The notes beneath the pieces are model-generated. The model ran no database searches and was not told the DNA's origin. It saw only the letters and a list, made by a program, of their open reading frames with translations. Positions 26,959-36,648 of a DNA stretch of 64,000 nucleotides are shown here, piece by piece. Position 1 is the first letter of the stretch. Each line of letters opens with the position of its first letter. The stretch is taken from positions 28,869 through 92,868 of the forward strand of contig JBBISL010000005.1 in NCBI GenBank assembly GCA_037441285.1, read 5' to 3'. This DNA comes from a candidate division WOR-3 bacterium (GTDB lineage: Bacteria; Hydrothermota; Tepidihabitantia; Tepidihabitantales; Tepidihabitantaceae). The translations under genes were made by a program, and so were the position numbers.

Positions 26959-27783
26959 TTAACGGACCAGTCTGCCAATCCGATTGAATCGGATTGCCCA
27001 GGGTGAGATGATGATGCGGGCGATGTTGGGTGCGGCACTGGAGGAGAAGTACAAAACGAGCGGTTTTCCCCGGAGATAACGCAGGGGAAGCGGTCCCCAG
27101 AAGCGGGAGTCTTCGGAGTTGTCCCGGTTGTCACCCATCGCAAAGATGTGTCCTTCGGGTACAACCACCGGACCAAAGTTGTCCCGAACATAGGGGGAAA
27201 GTTCCGAGCGGTAAAAACTACGGTTTTCCCAGAGGTGCTGGAAGTCGGGTTTCAACTCCTGTGGCAAAGGAGGCAGGGTGTAGTAGAACTTGTGGACCGC
27301 GTAGGGCGCAACCACTTTTTTACCGTTGATAAACAGTTCTTTGTTGCGTACTTCAACGGTGTCACCGGCAACCGCAACGCACCTTTTGACAAAGTTGCGC
27401 GGGGTGTACCAGGTGAAGAAGTTGGTCTGTTTATCCCAGAACAAAGGCAGTAGCGGTAACCAGGATGGGAAGATGCGAGCATAGCGGTTGGGGTGCAGGG
27501 AGTCAACCGGCATATCCGGGTCAACCGGAAACCGGAAGATGACGATGTCCCCGCGCTTCGGGCTGGAAATGGGGATAAGGGTGCGGTCGGTGAAAGGGAT
27601 TTTGACCCCATAGACGAATTTGTTGACGAGCATAAAGTCGCCGACCAAAATGGTGTCTTCCATTGAGCCGGTGGGTACCATAAACGCCTCAACAAGAAAG
27701 GAGCGAATGAGAAGGACGGCGATGATAACCGGGGTCCACTCGCGAAAGAACCGCTTTACACCGCTGCCAAATCCATCAGCCAT
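26959..27783 (-). CDS. lepB: Signal peptidase I
   Basis: N-terminal TM, then GSMEDTI (catalytic Ser box), KRGDIVIF and GDNRDNSEDSRFWG boxes. Confidence 0.85.
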   Translation of the reverse strand: MADGFGSGVKRFFREWTPVIIAVLLIRSFLVEAFMVPTGSMEDTILVGDFMLVNKFVYGVKIPFTDRTLIPISSPKRGDIVIFRFPVDPDMPVDSLHPNRYARIFPSWLPLLPLFWDKQTNFFTWYTPRNFVKRCVAVAGDTVEVRNKELFINGKKVVAPYAVHKFYYTLPPLPQELKPDFQHLWENRSFYRSELSPYVRDNFGPVVVPEGHIFAMGDNRDNSEDSRFWGPLPLRYLRGKPLVLYFSSSAAPNIARIIISPWAIRFNRIGRLVR

Positions 27784-27891
27784 AACAGGTTAGTTTAGAG
27801 AAGGGTAAGGTAAAGTCAAGCATCAGGGGAATAAGTAATGGTGTTCAACCATCACTGTTGACCCGGAGATGGATAAGGATAGAATAAATCT

Positions 27892-28875
27892 GTGAAGGTT
27901 AAAGCGGTCTCGTTACTATCAGGCGGGCTGGACTCCATCCTTGCCTGCCGGGTGATACTGGACCAAGGGGTTCAGGTTTTTGGCTTAAACTTTGTCAGTC
28001 CGTTTTGCACCTGTACGAAAAAGGGGTGTCGGCATGAGGCGCGCCGCGCTGCGGAGCAACTCGGGATTCCTTTGAAGGTGGTGGCAAAGGGTGAAGAGTA
28101 CATCCAGATGATAAAGAAGCCCCGGCACGGTTACGGCTCGGCAATGAACCCGTGCATCGACTGCCGGATTTTTACCTTTGCGCGGGCAAAGGAGTATATG
28201 GAGGAGATTGGCGCCCAGTTTGTGTTCACGGGTGAGGTTTTAGGCGAAAGGCCTATGTCCCAGCATCTGCAGGCGTTGAAGTTGATTGAACGGGAGTCCG
28301 GGCTGCAGGGCAGGGTTTTGCGGCCGCTCTCGGCAAAACTGCTGGAGCCCACAGTCCCGGAAATTGAAGGTTGGGTTGACCGGCAGAAACTGCTCGCGAT
28401 TCAGGGACGGTCGCGCAAGCCCCAGATTGCGCTTGCTGCCCATTACGGTATCAAAGATTATCCCTGTCCTGCGGGTGGTTGCCTTTTAACCGATAAAAAC
28501 TTTGCCCAGCGGCTGAAAGATGCGTTTGCCCATAATGAAGACAGTCTGCGTGATATGAATCTGTTAAAGGTGGGCAGGCACTTCCGGCTGCCTTCCCGCC
28601 GAAAGGTGGTTGTGGGCAGAAATGAGATGGAGAACAGGGTGCTCACCAATCTAATTGATGCCAATGATGTTGTGATTGAGCCGGTTGATGTTGCGGGACC
28701 GGTGGTGGTTGTCTGGCAGGGAGGTGATGATAAAGATGTTGAGGTTGCTGCCCGGCTTTGCGCCCGGTACTCGGACGGCAAAAGCCTGCCCCGCTTAAAG
28801 GTGCGGGCTGGTAGACGGGTTTTTGAGGTGGCACCGCTTGAAGAGGAAGCGACCCAGGCGTTGCGGGTCGGCTGA
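27892..28875 (+). CDS. PP-loop ATP pyrophosphatase, ThiI-like AANH domain (tRNA sulfurtransferase-like)
   Basis: SLLSGGLDS PP-loop. TGEVLGERPMSQHLQALKLIE...RVLRPL matches the ThiI catalytic-domain pattern. Cysteine pairs NPCIDC and YPCPAGGC. Confidence 0.5.
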   Translation: MKVKAVSLLSGGLDSILACRVILDQGVQVFGLNFVSPFCTCTKKGCRHEARRAAEQLGIPLKVVAKGEEYIQMIKKPRHGYGSAMNPCIDCRIFTFARAKEYMEEIGAQFVFTGEVLGERPMSQHLQALKLIERESGLQGRVLRPLSAKLLEPTVPEIEGWVDRQKLLAIQGRSRKPQIALAAHYGIKDYPCPAGGCLLTDKNFAQRLKDAFAHNEDSLRDMNLLKVGRHFRLPSRRKVVVGRNEMENRVLTNLIDANDVVIEPVDVAGPVVVVWQGGDDKDVEVAARLCARYSDGKSLPRLKVRAGRRVFEVAPLEEEATQALRVG

Positions 28876-28906
28876 TTCAGGCTGCCAATTAAGACATCTG
28901 CATATA

Positions 28907-28934
28907 TTGCAAGGGGTTAGAGATTTGGTATAAT
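28907..28934 (+). promoter_or_regulatory. Sigma70 promoter TTGCAA-16-TATAAT giving a leaderless transcript for 28942
   Basis: Perfect TATAAT at 28929-28934 lies 7 nt before the ATG at 28942. No SD is present. Confidence 0.45.
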
Positions 28935-28941
28935 TTATTAG

Positions 28942-29493
28942 ATGAGGGCGGTCCAGTTTAGTGTTGTCAGTTTCCCTAAATTACAACAGGATAAGGAACT
29001 TTTGCGATTGCGGGAGCGGTTTGCGCCCGGGATATTTCAACTGGAGCCGCACATTCCGGTGGTTTTGCCCTGGGTGCCGGTTGCGTTGGGTGATGTGGTT
29101 ACAATGGTAAACTGTTTGAGTGAGACCCGAAGGAAGTTACACCCCATTGCGATTGTGTGCGACAACTGGCACCGCCAGGGTGAACTCCTGCTTGGTGATG
29201 TAACCCAGGGACAGGAGGCGGTGCTGGAGTTGAGAAAAAGTATCACCGGTATCGAGCCGGTCCCTTTAATAAATGATGAAGCGTCCCGGGGTGTGTATCT
29301 TGTGGTTTGCCGGGTTCCAGAAGAGGAGAAATGGGATTCTCTACTTAAAGAGGTGCAAACTGTGGGCAGAAGTTTAGGGGTGGTTGATTCGGTGGTGCTG
29401 CTCCGCACCCTGCCGGACGGTTCGTGGCAGCGGGTGGCAAACTTTCCTTTTGGTGTCGGCAGGGTCGATTTTTACGAGCAACTGGTGGGATAA
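28942..29493 (+). CDS. Hypothetical protein (183 aa)
   Basis: Leaderless ATG. No family recognised. There is a weak resemblance to 2H-phosphoesterase-size proteins, but the motifs are not convincing. Confidence 0.35.
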   Translation: MRAVQFSVVSFPKLQQDKELLRLRERFAPGIFQLEPHIPVVLPWVPVALGDVVTMVNCLSETRRKLHPIAIVCDNWHRQGELLLGDVTQGQEAVLELRKSITGIEPVPLINDEASRGVYLVVCRVPEEEKWDSLLKEVQTVGRSLGVVDSVVLLRTLPDGSWQRVANFPFGVGRVDFYEQLVG

Positions 29494-29661
29494 AGACCAA
29501 ACTGTTTTGTTCCAGAAAAGCCAATTCTGAACACAAAAGTCCAGCGTCCGTAATTTCCTAACACAACAACTCGTTGACAATTAGTTACTTACAATCTTGG
29601 CACACCGGTTGTAATTATATCGGGTGATGGCAAGTAGAATTAAAAAAACAGGAGGTCAAAA

Positions 29662-30549
29662 ATGAAGAAACTGCTTGCGTTCGTTATAATCGGAACCCTG
29701 GTCGGCATTGGATTTGCCGGCACCGGCGGTATCGCGGGAAGGGTATTCAATGTCGCTACCGGTCAGCCTGTCGTCAATGCGATTGTTACCGCTTGCGGCG
29801 ACAGTACGCCCGCAGGCAGGGCGGTGACCAATGAACAGGGCGAGTACCTGATAGAAGGTTTAGATGCAGGGAGTTATCAGGTGATAGCCCGAGCAAGGGG
29901 TTTTGTTCCGGCTCACGCTCCGATTCTGGTGGTGGTGCGGGAGGGCAGTATCACCCGGGGTGTTGATTTGCGGTTAAGGCCCTTGCCCAGACGCACTGGA
30001 GCGATTAGCGGTAGAGTTGTAGACCGTGTCACCCGGGAGCCTTTGCGGGGTGCGGTGGTGATTGTGCGCAATCCGTTGGGCACCCGTCGGGCACGAACCG
30101 ACCGTAACGGTTACTACATCATTCGCGGATTGGTTCCGGGAAGGTATCAGGTGGCGGCAAAGGCACGGCGCTACTTTGGTGAGGCGTATCCCCAGCCGGT
30201 TGAGGTAATTCAGGGCGTGGTTACAGAATATATAAACTTTGCCCTGCAACCCAAGCCCCGGCGTGGTGGAATTTCCGGTCAGGTGGTTAATGCGAAGACG
30301 GGCAGGCCCATCGCTGGAGTTCTGATTACCGTTCAGGGTTTGCAGGGTAACGGTTTTGCCCGGACCGATGGCCATGGGTTTTACCGGATTGTGGGTCTTG
30401 AGCCCGGTCGGTATACGGTTTCGGCGACTAAGCCCGGTTATCAGGCGGCGACATATCCCGAGCCGGTTGAGGTCAATCCCGGTGAGTTAACCCGGGGCAT
30501 TGACTTCCGGCTGCGACCGTTGCGTGATAATCAGATTGACAGCGACTGA
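29662..30549 (+). CDS. Secreted protein with three tandem carboxypeptidase-regulatory-like (CarbopepD_reg/Cna-B-like) domains
   Basis: Signal peptide present. Three ~95-aa repeats of the form G-RV-D-x-TG-PL-GA-V-(..)-T-x-NG-Y-I-GL-PG-Y-V-A-x-GY-(..)-PV-V-x-G-x-T-x-x-F-LRPL. Confidence 0.6.
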   Translation: MKKLLAFVIIGTLVGIGFAGTGGIAGRVFNVATGQPVVNAIVTACGDSTPAGRAVTNEQGEYLIEGLDAGSYQVIARARGFVPAHAPILVVVREGSITRGVDLRLRPLPRRTGAISGRVVDRVTREPLRGAVVIVRNPLGTRRARTDRNGYYIIRGLVPGRYQVAAKARRYFGEAYPQPVEVIQGVVTEYINFALQPKPRRGGISGQVVNAKTGRPIAGVLITVQGLQGNGFARTDGHGFYRIVGLEPGRYTVSATKPGYQAATYPEPVEVNPGELTRGIDFRLRPLRDNQIDSD

Positions 30550-30569
30550 ACCCGTTCCGGATTTTAATC

Positions 30570-30612
30570 ATTACCCTCTGGTGCGATGCCACCAGAGGGT
30601 AATCTTTTTGTT
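30570..30612 (+). terminator. Rho-independent terminator
   Basis: Perfect 14-bp stem ATTACCCTCTGGTG / CACCAGAGGGTAAT with a 6-nt loop, followed by CTTTTTGTT. Confidence 0.6.
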
Positions 30613-30696
30613 GACAAAATCTCCTACGGTTTTATGCTTTAATGACAAATCGGGTTACATCCCAGGATAATTTTAATAAGTTGCCAAGGAGGTGTC

Positions 30697-33600
30697 GTGA
30701 AAAAAGTTCTGGTTTTACTCTTGCTGGGGTTTTTGCTCGCCGGGGCAGAAGAGGGCGCGCGCTATTTGATTGTTGCCCCGGATTCGTTCGTTTCTGCCGC
30801 TTTTCCCCTTGTCCACTGGAAGACCGCAAAAGGGATGCTCGCAAAGGTTGTGCCGACGAGCGAAACCGGAACCGACACCGCCTCAATTCGCAGTTACATT
30901 CGCTATGCCTGGAACAACTGGGACATTCCACCCGAATATATTTTGCTTCTGGGTGGTCCGACTCATATCCCGAGCCTCAACTACAACAACGACAACTACT
31001 ACGGCGATATGACCGGCAATTACTTGATGGAAATCCCGGTGGGAAGATTTCCGGCACAGACGGTGCGCGACTGCAGCACATTTGTTGCCAAGGTCCTGGC
31101 GTATGAAAATCCACCGGCGGACATTGATACGCTCTGGTTTTACAAAGGAACAACCGTGGTTCGGGAAGATGTACCCCCGGACTCTTTTTATCAAAAGGAT
31201 TCGCGGATTTTACGTCAGTACTGGGTGGCGCGGGGTTTTGCCCTGGCAGAGAGTTTGTGCGACCTTTATGGTGACTCGAGTCGGGAGGTGAATGCGGCAG
31301 CGCACGACGGCAGGCTTTTCATCACCTATCGGGGTTCTGGTGTCAGCACCTGGTACTCGCCTTTCAATGCGGTTGATGCCACTGGCTGGGGAAATGGTGC
31401 GAAAATGCCGGTGGTGGTGAGCGGTACCTGTGCGACGATAACTCTGGCACCGGGTGAGTCGATGTATGGTGACCGGTTTGTGCGTGCCGGTTCACCAGGG
31501 GCGCTGGGCGGTGCAATTGCGTTTTTTGGAACAACCCGTGCGGGAAACCACCTTTCCCGGTACCGGAGCGCCTGTTTTCGGGGGTTTTTCCATTCGCTTT
31601 ATGAAGAGGGTGAGTACCGATTGGGAAAGGCGGCGTTGCGCGGTAAGTTCTGGATTGATTCAATTTATGGAGATTCGGTGCGCTATCTTGAATGGAACCT
31701 GTTGGGCGACCCGGAACTCAATGTCTGGACCGGACCGGTAAAAACCTTACAGGTGGCGCACGATTCGGTTGTCCTGCGAAAGCCCCAGAACTTTGTCGTG
31801 ACAGTGCGGGCGGGTGGTGTACCGGTGCCGAATGCGGTGGTCTGTGTCTCAATGGATTCAACCGTTTATGAGTACACGAGCACAAACAGCCAGGGTCAGG
31901 CGATTTTTGAAATCAATCCGGTCAACACCGGCTCACTTCAGATTGTGGTTACGGGTAAAGACCTAAGACCCTATATCGGGAGTTGCGAGGTTATCGCAAA
32001 GGATGTTGCGTGCACAGCGATTCTGGCGCCGGCTGGAGTGGTAGATTCGGGGATGGGTGTGACACCGGTGGTGAAACTTTTCAACTACGGCAGCAGGATG
32101 GAGAGTTATCCGGTGCGGCTCAGAATCGGCACAAATTACTGTCAGGTGGAAACGGTCTATTTTCATCAGCCCACCACCGAAAACGAGTTGATTTTCCCGC
32201 GCTGGTATGCCCGGGAAAGGGGCAGTCTGGTGGTCAGTTGTTCAACCGAACTGATGAACGATGTTGTGCCGGAAAATGACCGGGATACCGGTGCGGTTTT
32301 TGTCCGGGTGCGCGATGTCGCAGTGTCAAGGATTGTGGTGCCGGTGGACCGGTATCCAGCAGGAAGTGTGATTACGCCGGTGGTCGCAGCCCAGAACCCG
32401 GGCAATGTGAATGCGACATATCAGATGTGGTTGACGATTACCAACGCTCAGGGGCAACCGGTTTACACCGCTCAACAGAATGTTGTGAACCAGCCCCCAG
32501 GCGATTCGGAACTGTTTGTTACATTTGCGCCCTGTTCCTTGAACACCGGTGGCAAATGGGCGGTGCGGTGCAGCGTCTATTATCCATTTGACCAGGTGCC
32601 GGCAAACAACATCAAAACCGGTGAGTTCTGGGTGACGCCGGTATGGCAGGCAGGCTGGCACGAGGTGGTGGCGATGCCGGCGGCACCTTCAGGCGCAGCG
32701 GTCAAAGATGGGGGCTGGATTGCGGCAGATGAGAATTCGGGTGTGATTTATGCGGGTAAAGGCAACAAAACAGGCGACTTTTATGCCTATGAGCCGTTTA
32801 CCGACACCTGGCGTATCCTATCGCCGATTTTGCCGGGAAGAGAGGAACGGTTGCCGAAAAAAGGTGCGCGGGGTGTTGCCGATGGTGCGGGAAGGGTGTA
32901 TTTAGTTAAAGGGAATAATAGCCGGGGTTTCTGGTGCTACCACGCAACCGAAGACCGGTGGGAACAGTTATCTGATATTCCGCTGGGTAATAGCGGCAAA
33001 GCGGTGAAGGGCGGGGGCGATATGTTGTATCTATTGAAAAACGACACCGGCTATCTGTACCTGTTAAAAGGTTATTACAGCGATTTCCTGTGTTACAACA
33101 CCGCAACCGGTGAGTGGCGTGTGCTCCCGGATGCGCCGACGGGAAAGTGGAAAGAGGGTTCCTGGCTGGTTTACGACGGCGCTAATAACATCTATGCCCA
33201 TCGGGCAAACAGCGAAGAGTTGTGGGTGTTTGAGATCGAGAGCAACCGCTGGAGCACAACACCCCTGCCGGGCATTCCGCGGCAGAGCACGCGGACCGGT
33301 AAGAGTAAAAAGTCCAAGGATGGAAGTGCGGCGGCGTATTACGACGGTTGTATTTATGCCCTGAAAGGTGGCAATACCGCGGAGTTCTGGTGCTATCGGA
33401 CCACGGAAGCCCGCTGGGAGGAACTTGACACCATTCCCCAGCAGGGTTCTACCGGTAAAAAGAAACGGGTGAAAGCCGGCGGTGATATCGCCCATTTTGG
33501 CGGCGGCGTGTTTTTTGCCCTGAAGGGCAACAAGACCCGGGAACTGTGGCGCTATGTACCAGCAATGGGTTTGGCTTCAGGACCCACAATGCCGCGCTCC

Positions 33601-33891
33601 GGAGTTAGGGGCGAAGCGAGTGACGAAAAGGGGGTTAAGTCAATGCCGACGGTGTCAAGTGTGGCGATGCTCGAGAGATATCGGACCGAACTGGCAAGCG
33701 AGAGCGGTGCAAAAGGCGTCCGGGTCTGGATAGTGGACATTACGGGTCGGGTGGTGGCAGAGATGCATTCAATAAATTCCGGTAAGGCAGAAAAGAGCCC
33801 GATTGGCAGTTTAGCACCCGGTGTTTACTTCTTGCAACTGGAAACCGATGCCGGTTATCGCGGGGTAAAGAAGATAACGGTGGTGCGGTGA
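30697..33891 (+). CDS. Gingipain-like (peptidase C25 family) N-domain + Ig-like linkers + Kelch-like beta-propeller + T9SS C-terminal sorting domain
   Basis: GTG start after an AAGGAGG RBS, then a signal peptide. The N-terminal ~350 aa have C25-like layout (YRGSGVSTW ... VVVSGTCATITL). The C-terminal half is paralogous to 8738-10552. It ends GVYFLQLETDAGYRGVKKITVVR. Confidence 0.55.
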   Translation: MKKVLVLLLLGFLLAGAEEGARYLIVAPDSFVSAAFPLVHWKTAKGMLAKVVPTSETGTDTASIRSYIRYAWNNWDIPPEYILLLGGPTHIPSLNYNNDNYYGDMTGNYLMEIPVGRFPAQTVRDCSTFVAKVLAYENPPADIDTLWFYKGTTVVREDVPPDSFYQKDSRILRQYWVARGFALAESLCDLYGDSSREVNAAAHDGRLFITYRGSGVSTWYSPFNAVDATGWGNGAKMPVVVSGTCATITLAPGESMYGDRFVRAGSPGALGGAIAFFGTTRAGNHLSRYRSACFRGFFHSLYEEGEYRLGKAALRGKFWIDSIYGDSVRYLEWNLLGDPELNVWTGPVKTLQVAHDSVVLRKPQNFVVTVRAGGVPVPNAVVCVSMDSTVYEYTSTNSQGQAIFEINPVNTGSLQIVVTGKDLRPYIGSCEVIAKDVACTAILAPAGVVDSGMGVTPVVKLFNYGSRMESYPVRLRIGTNYCQVETVYFHQPTTENELIFPRWYARERGSLVVSCSTELMNDVVPENDRDTGAVFVRVRDVAVSRIVVPVDRYPAGSVITPVVAAQNPGNVNATYQMWLTITNAQGQPVYTAQQNVVNQPPGDSELFVTFAPCSLNTGGKWAVRCSVYYPFDQVPANNIKTGEFWVTPVWQAGWHEVVAMPAAPSGAAVKDGGWIAADENSGVIYAGKGNKTGDFYAYEPFTDTWRILSPILPGREERLPKKGARGVADGAGRVYLVKGNNSRGFWCYHATEDRWEQLSDIPLGNSGKAVKGGGDMLYLLKNDTGYLYLLKGYYSDFLCYNTATGEWRVLPDAPTGKWKEGSWLVYDGANNIYAHRANSEELWVFEIESNRWSTTPLPGIPRQSTRTGKSKKSKDGSAAAYYDGCIYALKGGNTAEFWCYRTTEARWEELDTIPQQGSTGKKKRVKAGGDIAHFGGGVFFALKGNKTRELWRYVPAMGLASGPTMPRSGVRGEASDEKGVKSMPTVSSVAMLERYRTELASESGAKGVRVWIVDITGRVVAEMHSINSGKAEKSPIGSLAPGVYFLQLETDAGYRGVKKITVVR

Positions 33892-33922
33892 TAAAAGCGG
33901 TGCAGTAAAGGAAGTATTTCAG

Positions 33923-35191
33923 GTGCGGCGGTTCACCATTTATGCGCTGGTATTGACGGTGCTGGTGATTGCGGTTTTCAATGTCCACAGCTGGCTGGTG
34001 CTGTCGCGGAGTCGGGCGGCGCTCGAAGAGGAGTTAGGGAACCGGCTGGAAACGGTGGCAAAGACGATTGCCACGCAGTTGCGAACCCGGGAGTTGACAC
34101 CGGAGCAGGTGCGGGCGCTGAATGAGACGATGAACGAAGCGGACCTGTTCAACATCTTTCTGGTTGACGAGAGTCTGCGCTATGTGTTTAATGTGCGGGA
34201 GCCCGCAGTGGCGGGCAAAACCGACCCGATGCTGGAACTGGATGCAACCGAAATCTTATCCGCTTTCAGCGGGATGCCAAGCCGGACCCGGCTGTTCGCA
34301 GCCGGACCTTACTATCTAAAAACCGCCTATGCGCCGGTTTACCGTGCCGGCGGTACGATTGATGGCGTGCTCGGGGTTGAGGCGGATGCGCGGTTTTTCC
34401 GCAGTCTGACCCTTTACCGCAATTCGCTTTTGTTTGTCAACGGGTTGAGTCTGATAGCACTGGTGGCGCTGGTTCTGGCGCTGCTGAGCATTGCCCGGCA
34501 CGCCCTGAAACTGGAGCAGGCAGCGGCGCGCGCCAGCACATTCGCCCTGCTCGGTGAAATGGCGGCAGCGCTGGCGCACGAAATCCGGAACCCGCTTGCC
34601 ACCATCCTTGCCACAACCGAGCGGCTGAAGATTCGGTACGGAGCAGAAAACGACCCGACATTTGATTACATCCGGGAGGAGGTGGAACGGCTCAATCGGA
34701 CACTGACCAACTATTTGAGCATCGGCTCGGGCAAGCCCGGTGCGATGGAAGAGGTGGACCTGGGCGCACTGATTGGTCAGGTTCTCACCCGAATGGAGGA
34801 GGAGTTGAACCGCAACGGGATACGGATTGAAAATCGGCTGGAACAGTTGCCCAAAGTCCGGGGTTCGGAGTTGCAGTTGCGCCAGGTGTTTATGAACCTG
34901 TTTCTCAATGCGCTGCAGGCACAACCGCAGGGCGGGTTGTTGAGGATTGAGGCAAAAACCGCGGAGAAAGGCGGCAGGCGCTGGTTGGTGGTGCAGGTTA
35001 CCGACCATGGTTCGGGTATACCAAGAGAGTACCAGAGCCGCGTGTTTGAGCCGTTCTTCACGACCAAAGAGAAGGGGAGCGGACTCGGGCTGTTTGTGGT
35101 GCGGCGGATTGTTGAGTTGCATCAGGGTGAAGTGCGGCTGCGCAGTGCGCCGGACAGCGGTACAACGGTGGAGGTGTGGTTGCCGGTATGA
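33923..35191 (+). CDS. Membrane sensor histidine kinase
   Basis: Two TM segments flank a periplasmic domain. H-box AHEIRNPLATI, N/G boxes and GSGLGLFVVRRIV are present. Confidence 0.8.
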   Translation: MRRFTIYALVLTVLVIAVFNVHSWLVLSRSRAALEEELGNRLETVAKTIATQLRTRELTPEQVRALNETMNEADLFNIFLVDESLRYVFNVREPAVAGKTDPMLELDATEILSAFSGMPSRTRLFAAGPYYLKTAYAPVYRAGGTIDGVLGVEADARFFRSLTLYRNSLLFVNGLSLIALVALVLALLSIARHALKLEQAAARASTFALLGEMAAALAHEIRNPLATILATTERLKIRYGAENDPTFDYIREEVERLNRTLTNYLSIGSGKPGAMEEVDLGALIGQVLTRMEEELNRNGIRIENRLEQLPKVRGSELQLRQVFMNLFLNALQAQPQGGLLRIEAKTAEKGGRRWLVVQVTDHGSGIPREYQSRVFEPFFTTKEKGSGLGLFVVRRIVELHQGEVRLRSAPDSGTTVEVWLPV

Positions 35192-36522
35192 AGATTTTAC
35201 TGGTGGACGATGAGCGGCGGTTCTGCGAGATGACCGCGGCAAACCTGCGTGACCTCGGTTATGAGGTGAAGCCGGTTTTCAGTGGTGAAGAGGCGGTCCG
35301 GGTTCTGGAACAGGAGAAGTTTGATGTGGTGATTACCGATTTGAAGATGGTACCGGTGGATGGAATGGCGGTTCTGGCAAAGGCGAAGAGAATAAATCCC
35401 GAAGGCGATGTTGTGGTTATCACCGGTTATGGCACGATTGCGCTGGCGGTGGCGGCGATGAAGCAGGGGGCGTTTGACTTCATCACGAAACCGGTGGCGC
35501 TCGACCACCTCCAGGCGGTACTGGAAAAGATCAGGGAGCACCAGAAGACCAGAGTTGAGAACCGGCAGTTGAAAGAGGAGTTGAAACTGACCAGCCGGTT
35601 TGCCGAACTGGTGGGTGATAGTCCGGCAATAGCAAAGGTCAAGGGTTTGATTGCCAAGGTGGCACAGAGTGACGCCACGGTACTCATCACCGGTGAAAGC
35701 GGCACGGGCAAAGAACTGGTGGCGCGGATGATTCACCGTTTGAGCAACCGGGCGCAAAACCCGTTTGTCGTGATGCATGCCGCGGCGCTGCCTGAGACCC
35801 TGCTGGAGTCGGAGCTTTTTGGCTATGAAAAGGGTGCGTTTACCGGCGCGACGAGCCGAAAATCGGGCCGGCTGGAGCAGGCGCAGGGTGGAACACTATT
35901 TCTGGACGAGATTGGCGAAATCACCTCGTCGTTGCAGGTGAAACTTTTGCGTTTTCTCCAGGACAGAAGTTTTGTTCGGCTGGGCGGCAGAGAGACGATA
36001 ACGGTTGATGCCCGAATTGTTGCGGCAACCAACCGCAATTTGCCCGAAGCGGTGCGTGCGGGCAAATTTCGCGAGGACCTTTACTACCGGCTCGCGGTGT
36101 TTCCAATTCATCTGCCACCTTTGCGTGAGCACAAAGAGGACATTCCGGCGCTTGCCCGGCACATTTTGTCCCGGCTGGGCTATCAACAGGAACTTTCCGA
36201 GGATGTGGTGCAGACATTGCTAAGTTATGACTGGCCCGGTAATGTGCGGGAACTGGAGAATGTGCTGGAGCGGGCGCTGATTTTGTCCGAGAAGGGCGAG
36301 ATAAAACCCCAGTTTATTCAGTTTCCCGAGCCGGTGTTTGCCCGGAAATCGGATTCGGACTCACCCGGTTCCTTATGGGAGATGGAACGCAAGATGGTTG
36401 AAGAGGCGCTGGCGCGGGCAGGCGGCAACAAGTCCAAGGCGGCAAAACTGCTCGGGATTACACGCAGGATGCTCTACACAAAACTGGCAAAGTTCGGGAT
36501 TGAGGCACAGGAGAGCGAGTGA
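35188..36522 (+). CDS. Sigma54-dependent response regulator (NtrC family)
   Basis: REC domain (MKILLVDDE...D54). AAA+ sigma54 activator motifs GESGTGKELVARMIH and ESELFGYEKGAFTGA (GAFTGA). C-terminal Fis-type HTH. The ATG overlaps the kinase stop (ATGA). Confidence 0.9.
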   Translation: MKILLVDDERRFCEMTAANLRDLGYEVKPVFSGEEAVRVLEQEKFDVVITDLKMVPVDGMAVLAKAKRINPEGDVVVITGYGTIALAVAAMKQGAFDFITKPVALDHLQAVLEKIREHQKTRVENRQLKEELKLTSRFAELVGDSPAIAKVKGLIAKVAQSDATVLITGESGTGKELVARMIHRLSNRAQNPFVVMHAAALPETLLESELFGYEKGAFTGATSRKSGRLEQAQGGTLFLDEIGEITSSLQVKLLRFLQDRSFVRLGGRETITVDARIVAATNRNLPEAVRAGKFREDLYYRLAVFPIHLPPLREHKEDIPALARHILSRLGYQQELSEDVVQTLLSYDWPGNVRELENVLERALILSEKGEIKPQFIQFPEPVFARKSDSDSPGSLWEMERKMVEEALARAGGNKSKAAKLLGITRRMLYTKLAKFGIEAQESE

Positions 36523-36610
36523 ACATTTTGAGCCATAAAGGTTCGAAAATGTTCAGTTTGTTGAACCGTCCGAAATGGTTAAGTTACATATTTTCAATGT
36601 GTTTGGATTC

Positions 36611-36626
36611 TGGCACATGGGTTGCT
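36611..36626 (+). promoter_or_regulatory. Sigma54 (-24/-12) promoter TGGCAC-N5-TTGC
   Basis: cTGGCACatgggTTGCt matches the consensus exactly. It lies 23 nt upstream of the ATG at 36649 and directly downstream of the sigma54 activator gene. Confidence 0.6.
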
Positions 36627-36648
36627 TTTGATTAAGGCAGAGGTGGAT

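Noticed and set aside
26955-27191. N-terminal 79 aa of track ORF 26232-27191
   Set aside because: It is read in a different frame entirely inside lepB. The HemW-like similarity begins exactly after the lepB stop at a TTG, so the longer ORF is a frame artefact.
30642-31194. ORFs 30642-31106, 30770-31012 and 30883-31194, including a poly-Thr or poly-Val run
   Set aside because: These are alternative-frame readings of the NYNNDNYYGD-coding repeat (acaacaacgacaactac) within the gingipain-like gene.
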